DNA from: an uncultured Bacteroidales bacterium
GTDB taxonomy: Bacteria > Bacteroidota > Bacteroidia > Bacteroidales > VadinHA17
Assembly (NCBI GenBank): GCA_963757935.1
Contig: CAVWSZ010000008.1
Span: 119,889 to 183,888, forward strand
Direction: 5' to 3'
Length of the DNA stretch: 64,000 bases
Below the pieces are notes generated by a model. The model saw only the letters and a list, made by a program, of their open reading frames with translations. It was not told the origin of the DNA and did not search any database. The translations under genes were made by a program, and so were the position numbers. Positions within the stretch are counted from its first letter, which is position 1. Each line of letters begins with the position of its first letter. Shown here one piece after another: positions 10,659-20,592 of this stretch.

Positions 10659-11813
10659 TTACGACCATCTGCCGGGTATTACAGCCCCGCAGCTACATTT
10701 GCCGCCAGTTATTTTATTCGATATCACTCTGAATCCGGTTCTCTCCACCACTTTCTGACCACACTCCGGACATACAGTGTCATCTGTTCCCGAACCTGGG
10801 ACATTACCCACATATACATAACGAAGTCCGGCTTCCCTGGCAATGCCGGCAGCACTGTTCAGAACAGCCAGCGGAGTGGGGGGCAGATGCTCAAGCTTGT
10901 ACAGGGGCTGGAACCTGGTAAAGTGCAGGGGAGTATCGGCAAACCCGTTCGAAAAGAGCCACCTGCACATGAGCCTGATTTCGTCAGCAGTGTCATTGTA
11001 GCCCGGTATGACGAGGTTCGTTATTTCCAGCCATACTCCTTCATCCCTGTATATCTTAAGTGCATCCAGTACCGGCTGCAGTTTTCCGCCGTTAAGCTTC
11101 AGATATGTGGCGTCACTGAATGATTTCAGATCAATGTTGGCTCCGTCGATATAGCGGCACAGCTCTTTCAGCGGAGCAGGATTGATATACCCGTTCGAAA
11201 CCATAATGTTCAGGATCCCTTCTTTCCTCGCGATCTTCGAGGTCTCATAGACATATTCATAGAAGGTCACGGGTTCGGAATAGGTGTATGCAATTGACCG
11301 GCAGTTGTTTGCCTTTGCACTTGCCACAACATCGCCGGGAGGAAGATCAAAATTTTTGGTTTTGTCGGGAGAGGTTTGCGAAATGGTCCAGTTCTGGCAA
11401 TTCAGACAGGCGAAGTTGCATCCTGCCGTTGCGATTGAAAATGCTGACGAACCGGGAAGAAAATGATAGAGAGGTTTCTTCTCGACAGGATCAGAATTGA
11501 CGGCACATGGATTTCCGAATGCCATTGTGTAAAGCTTTGATTTTCTTACGACCCGGTTCCGGCAATCACTGATCTCCCCCTCCTTAAGAGTACATTCATT
11601 CGGGCAGATGCGGCACACCACACCTCTTGCACTTTCTTCCTGGTACATTGCCAGCCTCTCTGTGGAAGACTGACCCTCACCGCTCACAACCGGCGATAAC
11701 ATCTCCGGATCATTTCCAGCCATGGGAATAAACATACCTCCGGCAACCGCAAGTGACCCCCGTTGCGCAAACACCCTGCGTGTTATCTTTCTGTCCCTGA
11801 TTATGAGCGTCAT
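10659..11813 (-). CDS. AmmeMemoRadiSam-system radical SAM enzyme with an N-terminal twin-arginine-like leader
   Basis: CNFACLNCQNW (CxxxCxxC) preceded by CRICPNECTLKEGEISDCRNRV. The N-terminus is ITRRVFAQRGSLAVAGGMF. It is co-oriented with the Memo/AMMECR1 fusion gene. Confidence 0.85.
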   Translation of the reverse strand: MTLIIRDRKITRRVFAQRGSLAVAGGMFIPMAGNDPEMLSPVVSGEGQSSTERLAMYQEESARGVVCRICPNECTLKEGEISDCRNRVVRKSKLYTMAFGNPCAVNSDPVEKKPLYHFLPGSSAFSIATAGCNFACLNCQNWTISQTSPDKTKNFDLPPGDVVASAKANNCRSIAYTYSEPVTFYEYVYETSKIARKEGILNIMVSNGYINPAPLKELCRYIDGANIDLKSFSDATYLKLNGGKLQPVLDALKIYRDEGVWLEITNLVIPGYNDTADEIRLMCRWLFSNGFADTPLHFTRFQPLYKLEHLPPTPLAVLNSAAGIAREAGLRYVYVGNVPGSGTDDTVCPECGQKVVERTGFRVISNKITGGKCSCGAVIPGRWS

Positions 11814-11839
11814 ACGCTTATGAAATGATGAGCATAAAT

Positions 11840-12070
11840 CTAACGTTTAAAGACAACTGATACAAGTGCTACAGCCATTAAAATGAATAATGCAAGTATA
11901 AAAGAAGCGTTCATTATTCCGGCAAGCGGTACAAGCAATGTGGAGACAACCGTGTAGCCAAGAGCAGAACCTGCAAGGTCGGCGGCATATACCCGTCCTG
12001 TAAAATCAACCTGGTTTCCCGAGGTCAGTACCCTGTAAATGTTCCCTGTCAGGAATCCGGCAATCAGCAA
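11840..12070 (-). CDS. Polytopic membrane / spermidine-synthase-like protein, C-terminal TM fragment. The frame is open upstream to about 12185.
   Basis: Hydrophobic TM helices. Upstream in the same frame it reads LVTVPLLLALLFILTGILAT... Confidence 0.55.
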   Translation of the reverse strand: MLIAGFLTGNIYRVLTSGNQVDFTGRVYAADLAGSALGYTVVSTLLVPLAGIMNASFILALFILMAVALVSVVFKR

Positions 12071-13049
12071 TGCGGGGAAAACAATCAGCAGGAGCAGTGC
12101 GGGCCCGGTTTCTGTCAGCCGTGTCGCCAGGATGCCGGTGAGGATAAATAATAATGCCAGAAGCAGTGGAACTGTTACCAGTGTTATGCTTCATGCGCAG
12201 GGGCGAATACGAAGCCCCTGAAGCCAGTCCCCCCATAAGAAGTGAAAGCACAAGGGCTGACAGGATGTACATGTTGCCAATCGCCGCCTGCAGCAGGAAA
12301 ACAGTTATCATCGCGTACCCGGCAAGACCGGCCGATGCCGCAAACATCACGAACCCTTTACGGCGAATGAAAAAAAATGGCACTATTACAAGCATTACAG
12401 TTATAGCCCACGAAGTACTCCCGGCTCCCCTGAGTTCAAGTGACATCGAATTACTGAACCAGGCGGATACAGGTTTCGTAACAGAGTTCTGCCCTGCGGC
12501 AGTATCGGTCTGCGAGATTATCAGATCGCCCCGGGCCTTGATATCCGCATCATCGAGATAATCACCGTTAACATAAATGTTTTCAATTCCCCTCTCTGAC
12601 ACAACAGAAGCTATCCCGGCTGTCAGTGAACTGTCTGAAGCCATAACGTACAGAGATGATCCGGGGATGGCAGTTACGTTGTTGAATACTGCCCTGAGAC
12701 TGTTGTATACAGGCGAAAAACTTCTCCGGTAACTCTCCGGGGAATAGTTATAGTAGGGTGCTGGTGTGCAGGTGAATACTCCTCCTTCTTTCAGATGCTC
12801 CTTTACAGTCCCGAAGTATTCCCGGGTGAAATACCTGTTTACCGCAAGAGTAGTAGCGGGAGGGATAAGCTGAATTACAGCATCGAATGTTGCCCGGGTG
12901 TTTTTCAGGTACTTTACCGGATCACTCTTCACCACTCTGACCTGCATTTCATTGAGAAGAGTGTCATGCGCATTCTCTGCAGCAATAATTCCCGGATCAT
13001 GTTCAATGTAAACAACCTCCTTAATTTTATACTTCGACAGCTGGGGCAA
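12006..13049 (-). CDS. Polytopic membrane / spermidine-synthase-like protein, middle fragment (class-I MTase/SpeE-like fold plus TMs)
   Basis: VVYIEHDP, FDAVIQLIPP, YFTREYF...LKEGGVF resemble the aminopropyltransferase fold, followed by TM segments. Confidence 0.6.
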   Translation of the reverse strand: MPQLSKYKIKEVVYIEHDPGIIAAENAHDTLLNEMQVRVVKSDPVKYLKNTRATFDAVIQLIPPATTLAVNRYFTREYFGTVKEHLKEGGVFTCTPAPYYNYSPESYRRSFSPVYNSLRAVFNNVTAIPGSSLYVMASDSSLTAGIASVVSERGIENIYVNGDYLDDADIKARGDLIISQTDTAAGQNSVTKPVSAWFSNSMSLELRGAGSTSWAITVMLVIVPFFFIRRKGFVMFAASAGLAGYAMITVFLLQAAIGNMYILSALVLSLLMGGLASGASYSPLRMKHNTGNSSTASGIIIYPHRHPGDTADRNRARTAPADCFPRIADCRIPDREHLQGTDLGKPG

Positions 13050-14262
13050 GGTGCTTCTGCAGTCCTCCGGATATGATCATAACTCTCTCATAATCATCTC
13101 TCTGAAGGAGAGTATAGTGGATATTTTCCTCCTCCCTGGCTATGTCTCCTGAAAAGAACAGCGGCCGGTGATCATAGTATATGGCTGTTTCCCCGCTGTA
13201 GGTTCCTGTTGCAATATTTCCGTACGGGGTGTCTGTGCTGGATGTAACCCTGACGCCTCTCAGCAGCATCCCCCGCACAAAAGGATCAGGTTTGAAGATG
13301 AATACGATCAGCATCACCGCAGCCATGCATACAAATGCTCCGATGCGCCAACGGCGTGACGGATAAAAAATTATCACCACCAGAAAAACCGTAAAAGTCA
13401 CCACCAGGAGGTACAACCGGTAGTTTCCGACATACATCAGAAATGCCATTGTTGTGAGTATGCCTGCTGCCACCGACCCGAGAGTCTCGAGTCCGAAGCT
13501 GTTACCGCTCCCGGTGCCTCCGCCAATGCTTCGGATGGAAGAAAGTCGGATGAATATAAAAGATGAAACGAAGGCTGTAGGTGCCACACTTACAGCTATG
13601 ACAGCAAGCGATTTGAAGAGCGAAGGAAGTTCTCCGGGTTTCAGGATGACTGTGTTCATCAGGATAAAAAGCAGGAGTGACATTGCAGGGGCTGCTGCCA
13701 TTATCCACATCATCCTCCTGAGATCGTTGAAGTGTGATTTGCCGCCTGCAACCGCACCGAGAGCTGAAATCACAAGCCAGAACCAGAGGAAAGATCCTGC
13801 GGAGGCCTCGCTGCCACCGCCAAGTATAACAGCCTCACGAAGAAGTGTGAACTGGACAGATGAACTCACAAATCCTGTTATAAGCAGCAGAATCCTGGGG
13901 ACCGAAGATTCGGTTTCAGGTTTGTCTCCTGCGGAATAATCACTTACAGAGGTCTTTTGTGCACCGCTTCCGGAATAGTAGCGCAGATGCCACGTAAGGT
14001 GTATCATGGCAGCACATGCCATCCCGATTCCGAACTCAACATGGAGATGAAGTGCCTCCTTGAGAAAAGGAATGTTCCACCTGTAATTGACCTGCAACGC
14101 CAGGAAGATGCCCAGGATTGCTGTCAGGAAAAATGTGATCAGCAAAATCCAGTTCCAGAACCTCCGGTGAACATGCCTGCTCAGAAGCCCGGACGCTGAA
14201 AGATAAAGGCTGAGGAGATAGAGTACCAGGGCGGTCAGCCCGATAGGTCCGACATGATACAT
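13027..14262 (-). CDS. Polytopic membrane / spermidine-synthase-like protein, N-terminal fragment (about 8-9 TM helices)
   Basis: Repeated hydrophobic helices. The end (TPYGNIATGTY...MIISGG) leads into the SpeE-like domain. Confidence 0.6.
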   Translation of the reverse strand: MYHVGPIGLTALVLYLLSLYLSASGLLSRHVHRRFWNWILLITFFLTAILGIFLALQVNYRWNIPFLKEALHLHVEFGIGMACAAMIHLTWHLRYYSGSGAQKTSVSDYSAGDKPETESSVPRILLLITGFVSSSVQFTLLREAVILGGGSEASAGSFLWFWLVISALGAVAGGKSHFNDLRRMMWIMAAAPAMSLLLFILMNTVILKPGELPSLFKSLAVIAVSVAPTAFVSSFIFIRLSSIRSIGGGTGSGNSFGLETLGSVAAGILTTMAFLMYVGNYRLYLLVVTFTVFLVVIIFYPSRRWRIGAFVCMAAVMLIVFIFKPDPFVRGMLLRGVRVTSSTDTPYGNIATGTYSGETAIYYDHRPLFFSGDIAREEENIHYTLLQRDDYERVMIISGGLQKHLAPAVEV

Positions 14263-14273
14263 GGTTTCGTGCT

Positions 14274-15773
14274 TTATTCGCCGAAGACGAGGGCCTCATA
14301 CACAAAGATCTCGGCATTTTTCCAGCCTTCCCAGCCGATTCCGGCTTTGTCACGCGCACAGTAGCCAAGAAATTCGGCCACGCTCCAGCCTCGTTCTGAA
14401 GCAACCTGTGGCAGCAGCGTCCCTGACATTATACCTTTTTTAATATATATGCCGTGCTTTCCGATTACAATCTCACTGATGTCGCTTATCTTTTTCATCG
14501 GTCCGAGAACTGATATTTCAAGTTTTATCTCCGGATATTCCTTTGCAGAAAGTGCAGGAAACCTCGGGTCTCCGAAGGCTGCCTCATGTGCCATGACTTC
14601 CACAACCCGGTAAAGCGGATCAGGAGATGTGAAACGGCCTATGCAACCCCTGAGGTTACCGTGAACGGTGATTGTGACGAAGGCTCCCATAGGCTCCCTG
14701 AGCGCGGAGGTTAGTTTCATGGCATCGGGAGTTCCCGGTTTTACATCGTTTAATCCTGCTTTTATCGATTCCCTGGCAATACCCAGAAGTGTCTTCTTTT
14801 CCTCAGGTGACAGCACCAGAGATTCTTTGCCTGTTGCCTGAGATCCGACAGATGCTGCTTTCTCTTCGACAATAATGGCGTTGTAACCGACAACCTGCTG
14901 CCTGTCTCCGAAACGGGAGTCACCTGAATTTGTATAGTCAGCATTCCTGTAATGCATACTCCCGTCTCCTTCAGTAATGTACATCAGCACCATTCCTGCA
15001 GTCCACCCGCACATAGCTGTAGCCAGACCTTCAATCCCCGAAGCTTCAGCACTTTTAACAGCCTTTAAAAGGGCATCGGGATCTCCGCTGACAATTGCAT
15101 CGCTGGTCTTCCTGTCAGTCTTCACAGCATCACTGTAAGAAGGATAATGAGAGAAATCGCTGCTGATTACAAAAAGATTCCGGTCGGTGAAATACGGTTT
15201 CAGCGACGAAGCCAGGGAGATGAGTATATTTTTGTCCCTGGTGCCTATCAGGATTGGAATAACAGAGGGAGTCTTTTTAAAATGATACTGGATGAACGGA
15301 AGTTCAACCTCCAGAGAGTGTTCAGGATTATGTGCATCATCACGGGTAAAGAAATACCTGCTGTCGTCAATCAGCTTTTCACCTGTCAGCCTGTTCACCC
15401 GCACTTTCCCGAGAGGTGTCACCATATCCCCGGAGGTAAAAACGGCTGCCCCTTCGAAGGCGAACCTGTGACTGGCTCCGATCAGAAATATGTTGTCATA
15501 CTCTGCGTCAGCCGGTATTGCGGAAAAGGCGGCGGCTGCAGTATGTCCGGAATAAACGTACCCGGCATGAGGTACTATTATTGCCCTAACCGTTGAACCG
15601 GGCACAGGACCGTTACATTTACCGAAAAGCTCCTGAAGGTCACTTCTCAGTTTCTCGCTTCCGGAGGGATAAAAACTGCCGGCAACGGCAGGTTGCCTGT
15701 CTTTCCCGGCCTGTTGTCCGTTGATGCTCATAAGCGGTAGGATTAATGAAATAATGATAACAACCGTTTTCAT
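14274..15773 (-). CDS. Fusion of AmmeMemoRadiSam-system protein B (Memo-like) and protein A (AMMECR1), with an N-terminal signal peptide
   Basis: Memo: VAGSFYP, IIVPHAGYVYSG, SSDFSHY. AMMECR1: GAFVTITVHGNLRGCIG, LLPQVASERGW. Leader: MKTVVIIISLILPLMSING. Confidence 0.85.
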   Translation of the reverse strand: MKTVVIIISLILPLMSINGQQAGKDRQPAVAGSFYPSGSEKLRSDLQELFGKCNGPVPGSTVRAIIVPHAGYVYSGHTAAAAFSAIPADAEYDNIFLIGASHRFAFEGAAVFTSGDMVTPLGKVRVNRLTGEKLIDDSRYFFTRDDAHNPEHSLEVELPFIQYHFKKTPSVIPILIGTRDKNILISLASSLKPYFTDRNLFVISSDFSHYPSYSDAVKTDRKTSDAIVSGDPDALLKAVKSAEASGIEGLATAMCGWTAGMVLMYITEGDGSMHYRNADYTNSGDSRFGDRQQVVGYNAIIVEEKAASVGSQATGKESLVLSPEEKKTLLGIARESIKAGLNDVKPGTPDAMKLTSALREPMGAFVTITVHGNLRGCIGRFTSPDPLYRVVEVMAHEAAFGDPRFPALSAKEYPEIKLEISVLGPMKKISDISEIVIGKHGIYIKKGIMSGTLLPQVASERGWSVAEFLGYCARDKAGIGWEGWKNAEIFVYEALVFGE

Positions 15774-15843
15774 TGAAACAGTCCTTTACAACAAAGTAAA
15801 GTTAAGTCAAAAAAGTGAAAAAGCGGGAGCTGATAAAGGAAGA

Positions 15844-16302
15844 TCAGATGAGAACAATATTCTCCTTGATTGTGTTCCCGTCATCATCTATTCCGTAGAG
15901 TCTGATACCTACGCTGCAGGTAGCAGTGGAAGCAATGTCCAGAATGGGAGAGACAGCCTCCCTGACATCTTCCTCACCCATGGAGTCATATTCTTCAATA
16001 TCGAAATAGAGATGGATGAACAGGATATGTTCAGATCTTTTGATTTTGCAGAGGACTTTCAGAATTTTAGCCATCCATAAGGCCGAGGAAGTATTGAAAT
16101 AGTCAATGTTATATTTGAGATTCGTGTTTTCTGCCGGATTCTTTGCATACTCACTTGCCCACTTATGAATAGGCTCAAAAAAAGATGTTGCATTTTCAGG
16201 CAGAGATTTGCCTGTAAAGCCCAGTACTCCCGATGATGCCACAAGATCTACCTGTGGCGTTTTGGTGGTCGCCTGAATCCTGATATCCTGTAAATTACCC
16301 AT
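15844..16302 (-). CDS. DUF1987 / SiaC-like protein
   Basis: TKTPQVDL...GKSLPENATSFFEPIHKW...YFNTSSALWMAKILKVL matches the SiaC/DUF1987 pattern from memory. Confidence 0.65.
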   Translation of the reverse strand: MGNLQDIRIQATTKTPQVDLVASSGVLGFTGKSLPENATSFFEPIHKWASEYAKNPAENTNLKYNIDYFNTSSALWMAKILKVLCKIKRSEHILFIHLYFDIEEYDSMGEEDVREAVSPILDIASTATCSVGIRLYGIDDDGNTIKENIVLI

Positions 16303-16555
16303 AATATAACAGTTCCTTCCCTGAATGTTTTATGTCACTCTGACGTTGAATAAAGGTAATCCATTATTATATGATCTTATTTAGCCTTCGTCAAAAAAAA
16401 AGGTATTATTATCAATTTTTTTTATCGTTTCGTCCTATCGCACAGTCATTAAATGCATAGTGTGTGGAGAGTGTCTTGAGTGCCTGTTGTGACTAAAGTA
16501 TTTTAGGCACTCCAAACTCCGTTAACTTTAAGTACTTATTAATTGCACTTAATAT

Positions 16556-16563
16556 TATCTTTG
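16556..16563 (+). promoter_or_regulatory. -7 promoter box TATCTTTG for argS
   Basis: TAnnTTTG match 19 nt upstream of the argS ATG. Confidence 0.45.
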
Positions 16564-16581
16564 CAGCCGAAATAAATTGAA

Positions 16582-18369
16582 ATGGAAAACCTGCTCAGAA
16601 AGGGAATCAGGGAGGCTCTGTTAAGCCTCTATAAATCGGATGTTCCGGATGAGTCCATCCAGCTGCAGAAAACCAGAAAGGAGTTTTCTGGCGACATGAC
16701 TCTTGTCGTGTTTCCCCTGCTTAAGATTTCACACAGGTCTCCTGAACAGACTGCAAATGATATCGGTGAGTATCTTCTCGTTAACCTTAAGTCTGTCAGT
16801 AGTTTCAATGTCATAAAAGGCTTTCTGAATATTACAGTCGCCCCCCGGGAATGGGCATCCAGGCTCAAAAGTATCAGGACCGCAAATAACTGGGGCTTCA
16901 CTGAGGCCGCTCCCGATGCCGAAGTGATTGTAATTGAATATTCTTCACCCAATACAAATAAACCTCTTCACCTCGGGCATATACGCAACAATCTCCTCGG
17001 TTTTTCACTTTCAAGGCTGACCGCAGCAGCCGGTAAGAAGGTAATCAGAACTAATATTGTGAATGACAGGGGCATTCATATCTGCAAGTCAATGGTTGCC
17101 TGGAAGCTTTTCGGCAATGGGGAGACCCCGGAGAAAAGCGGAAAAAAGGGAGACCACCTCGTTGGGGAATACTATGTCCTCTTTGACAGGAAATACAAGG
17201 AACAGGTGGCAGTTCTTGAAGCGGCAGGATCGACACCTGAGGAAGCCAGGGAAAATGCCGGGCTGATGCTGGCGGCACGGGAGATGCTTCTCAGATGGGA
17301 GGCCGGCGATGCTGAAACATTAAACCTGTGGAAATTGATGAACTCATGGGTCTATGCCGGTTTTGATGTGACCTACAAAGCCCTGGGAGTTGAGTTTGAC
17401 AGGATATACTACGAATCTGAAACCTATAAAACAGGCCGGCAGCTTGTACTTGAAGCCCTTGATTCAGGCCTGCTCTTCAGAAAAGACGACGGCTCGGTAT
17501 GGGTCGACCTTACCGCTGAAAAACTTGACCAGAAATTGCTCCTGAGGTCTGACGGCACTGCGGTCTATATGACGCAGGATCTCGGCACAGCCGTACTGAG
17601 ATACAATGACTTCGGTTTCAGCCGGCACATTTATGTCGTCGGAAATGAACAGAATTATCACTTCCAGGTGCTTGCTCTCGTTTTGCTTAAAATGGGCTAC
17701 CAGTGGGCGAGGGGACTGCATCATTTCTCCTATGGAATGGTCGAACTCCCGGAGGGTAAAATGAAATCCAGGGAAGGAACCGTGGTCGACGCTGATGATC
17801 TGATAGCTGAGATGACTGACACGGCACGGGCAATGTCGCAGGAACTGGGAAAACTTGGCGGTTTCACCGACTCCGAAAAAGAGGATATCTTCAGGAAGAT
17901 AGGCCTGGGCGCTTTGAAATACTTCATTCTCAAGGTAGATCCAAAAAAGAATATGACCTTTAACCCGGCCGAATCAATTGATTTTAACGGCAATACCGGT
18001 CCCTTCATTCAGTATACCTATACCCGTATAAAATCAGTCCTGAATAAGGGGGCCGAAACGGGAATCACACCGGGTGAACCGTCATTTGATGACGTAACGC
18101 CTGATCAGAAGGAAATAAATATTATTAAGCTGTTGAATGATTTTCCGTCTGTGGTCTCAGAAGCGGCGGAGGAACTGAGTCCTGCACTGGTGGCCAATTA
18201 CTGCTATGACCTGTCACGGGAATTCAACCAGTTTTACCATGACCTGCCGATACTCGGGGAAGAAAACCCGGAAAAACGCAATTTCAGGCTTAACCTGACT
18301 GAAATGACAGGTATTATAATTGAAAAAGGACTGTGGCTTCTTGGAATTGAAGCTCCGGAAAGAATGTAA
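16582..18369 (+). CDS. argS: Arginine--tRNA ligase
   Basis: Class I motifs PLHLGHIRN and KMKSREG. 595 aa, intact. Confidence 0.95.
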   Translation: MENLLRKGIREALLSLYKSDVPDESIQLQKTRKEFSGDMTLVVFPLLKISHRSPEQTANDIGEYLLVNLKSVSSFNVIKGFLNITVAPREWASRLKSIRTANNWGFTEAAPDAEVIVIEYSSPNTNKPLHLGHIRNNLLGFSLSRLTAAAGKKVIRTNIVNDRGIHICKSMVAWKLFGNGETPEKSGKKGDHLVGEYYVLFDRKYKEQVAVLEAAGSTPEEARENAGLMLAAREMLLRWEAGDAETLNLWKLMNSWVYAGFDVTYKALGVEFDRIYYESETYKTGRQLVLEALDSGLLFRKDDGSVWVDLTAEKLDQKLLLRSDGTAVYMTQDLGTAVLRYNDFGFSRHIYVVGNEQNYHFQVLALVLLKMGYQWARGLHHFSYGMVELPEGKMKSREGTVVDADDLIAEMTDTARAMSQELGKLGGFTDSEKEDIFRKIGLGALKYFILKVDPKKNMTFNPAESIDFNGNTGPFIQYTYTRIKSVLNKGAETGITPGEPSFDDVTPDQKEINIIKLLNDFPSVVSEAAEELSPALVANYCYDLSREFNQFYHDLPILGEENPEKRNFRLNLTEMTGIIIEKGLWLLGIEAPERM

Positions 18370-18390
18370 ATTCAGCATAAAGAAACATAT

Positions 18391-19713
18391 ATGTTCGAAA
18401 ACCTAAGCGAAAGACTTGAGCGATCCTTCAAGATACTGAAAGGTGAAGGGGTGATATCAGAGATAAATGTGTCCGAGACTCTTAAAGAGGTTCGCCGGGC
18501 CCTTCTTGATGCAGACGTAAACTTCAAAATTGCAAAACAGTTTACCGATACGGTCAAGCAGAATGCAATGGGGCAGAACGTGCTTAAATCGGTCAATCCC
18601 TCACAGATGATGATCAAGATCGTTCATGACGAGCTTGCCGCGCTGATGGGAGGAGAGAAGACCGATATCAACATTAAGACCAACCCCTCCGTGATACTTG
18701 TTGCAGGGCTTCAGGGAAGCGGCAAGACTACCTTCAGCGGAAAACTTGCAAAATATCTCAAAAGCAAAAGAGGAAAGAACCCGCTGCTTGTTGCCGGTGA
18801 CGTCTACAGGCCTGCTGCAATAGAGCAGCTCAAGGTGCTGGGAACGCAGATAGAAGTGCCTGTTTACACTGAAGACGGAAACCTGAATCCGGTCGAGATA
18901 GCCCGGAATGCAGTGCGCGAAGCAAAAAAGAACGGGAATGACGTCATAATTATAGACACGGCAGGACGCCTCGCGGTGGACGAGGAGATGATGAATGAGA
19001 TCGCTGCGGTAAAAAGCGCTGTCAATCCTCACGAGACGCTGTTCGTGGTTGATTCCATGACAGGACAGGATGCCGTGAACACAGCCTTTGAATTCAATGA
19101 AAGGATTGACTTTGACGGGGTGGTCCTTACAAAACTCGACGGTGACACCCGCGGCGGAGCCGCCCTTTCAATAAGGTCGACTGTCAATAAGCCAATCAAA
19201 TTCATAAGTGCCGGTGAAAAAATGGAGGCTCTTGACCTCTTCTACCCCGACAGGATGGCCGACAGGATACTTGGAATGGGCGATATCGTCACCCTTGTTG
19301 AAAAAGCCCAGGAACAGTATGATGAAGACGAAGCCAGGAAACTGCAGAAGAGAATAGCAAAGGACCAGTTCGACTTTAACGACTTCATCTCGCAGATTCA
19401 GCAGATCAAGAAAATGGGGAACATGAAAGACCTCATGGGTATGATCCCGGGGGTTGGAAAAGCCATAAAGAATCTTGACATTGATGACAATGCATTCAAG
19501 GGGATAGAGGCTATCATCCACAGTATGACCCCGGCCGAAAGGACAAACCCGCTGCTAATGAATGGCAGCCGCAGGAAACGAATTGCTGACGGCAGCGGCA
19601 CAACGGTTGCTGATGTAAACAGGCTTCTGAAACAGTTCGACGAGACAAGAAAAATAATGAAAATGGTTGGCAAGGGCGGAGATCTGTCTAAATTAGTACC
19701 AAGAAAACGATAA
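18391..19713 (+). CDS. ffh: Signal recognition particle protein Ffh
   Basis: [20 protein letters not shown], and a Met-rich M domain ([15 protein letters not shown]). Confidence 0.95.
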   Translation: MFENLSERLERSFKILKGEGVISEINVSETLKEVRRALLDADVNFKIAKQFTDTVKQNAMGQNVLKSVNPSQMMIKIVHDELAALMGGEKTDINIKTNPSVILVAGLQGSGKTTFSGKLAKYLKSKRGKNPLLVAGDVYRPAAIEQLKVLGTQIEVPVYTEDGNLNPVEIARNAVREAKKNGNDVIIIDTAGRLAVDEEMMNEIAAVKSAVNPHETLFVVDSMTGQDAVNTAFEFNERIDFDGVVLTKLDGDTRGGAALSIRSTVNKPIKFISAGEKMEALDLFYPDRMADRILGMGDIVTLVEKAQEQYDEDEARKLQKRIAKDQFDFNDFISQIQQIKKMGNMKDLMGMIPGVGKAIKNLDIDDNAFKGIEAIIHSMTPAERTNPLLMNGSRRKRIADGSGTTVADVNRLLKQFDETRKIMKMVGKGGDLSKLVPRKR

Positions 19714-19714
19714 T

Positions 19715-20581
19715 ATGTATCAGCTGATTGACGGAAAAAAAACCGCAGCGGAGATTAAAACCGAAATCGCTGCCGAGGTTATTTCAATGAAGAAAAGAGG
19801 TGCACGTGCCCCTCACCTTGCTGCAGTCCTGGTAGGGAGTGACGGAGGCAGTGAGACCTATGTTGCAAATAAGGTAAAAGCGTGTGCCGAAGTGGGATTT
19901 GACTCAACGCTGATCCGTATGGATGCTTCCGCAACCGAGGCCCAGCTTCTTGCTAAAGTGAATGAACTAAACAGGAATCCTGACATCGACGGATTCATTG
20001 TACAGCTTCCTCTTCCGGCTCACATAAATGAGAATAAAATTATTGAGGCAGTATCCCCGGAAAAAGATGTTGATGGTTTCCATCCCCTGAACCTTGGCAG
20101 GATGATGGCCGGAATTCCCTCATTCGTCTCCGCCACACCTTACGGCATTATGGAACTTCTAAAGAGGTATAAAATTCCTCTCAGCGGGGCAAACTGCACG
20201 GTTGTGGGCAGAAGCAACATAGTAGGGCGGCCTGTGAGCATCCTGATGTCACAGAAAGGTATTGACGCAACGGTGACTGTTGTTCACAGCCGCACAAAAA
20301 ACATCGCTGACATTCTTAAAAGATCGGATATTATTATTGCAGCCATCGGATCTCCCGGTTTCATTACAGGGGAGATGGTTAAGGACGGCGTTGTTGTAAT
20401 TGATGTGGGGACAACCAGGGTTGATGCACCCGGTACAAAATCAGGCTGGAGGCTTAAGGGCGATGTTGATTTTGATTCCGTGGCACCCAAATGTTCCTAT
20501 ATAACACCCGTTCCGGGCGGAGTGGGACTGTTGACTGTAGTTTCTCTGCTCCAGAATACCCTGAAGGCCTGTAAACGCTGA
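19715..20581 (+). CDS. folD: Bifunctional methylenetetrahydrofolate dehydrogenase/cyclohydrolase
   Basis: [36 protein letters not shown]. Confidence 0.95.
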   Translation: MYQLIDGKKTAAEIKTEIAAEVISMKKRGARAPHLAAVLVGSDGGSETYVANKVKACAEVGFDSTLIRMDASATEAQLLAKVNELNRNPDIDGFIVQLPLPAHINENKIIEAVSPEKDVDGFHPLNLGRMMAGIPSFVSATPYGIMELLKRYKIPLSGANCTVVGRSNIVGRPVSILMSQKGIDATVTVVHSRTKNIADILKRSDIIIAAIGSPGFITGEMVKDGVVVIDVGTTRVDAPGTKSGWRLKGDVDFDSVAPKCSYITPVPGGVGLLTVVSLLQNTLKACKR

Positions 20582-20592
20582 AGAACGAAAGT

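Noticed and set aside
16478-16512. An 8-bp stem hairpin (gagtgcct...aggcactc) upstream of argS, considered as a T-box or leader element.
   Set aside because: It lies upstream of the predicted -7 box rather than in the leader. It has no T-box conserved sequence, and the 19-nt loop is unremarkable.
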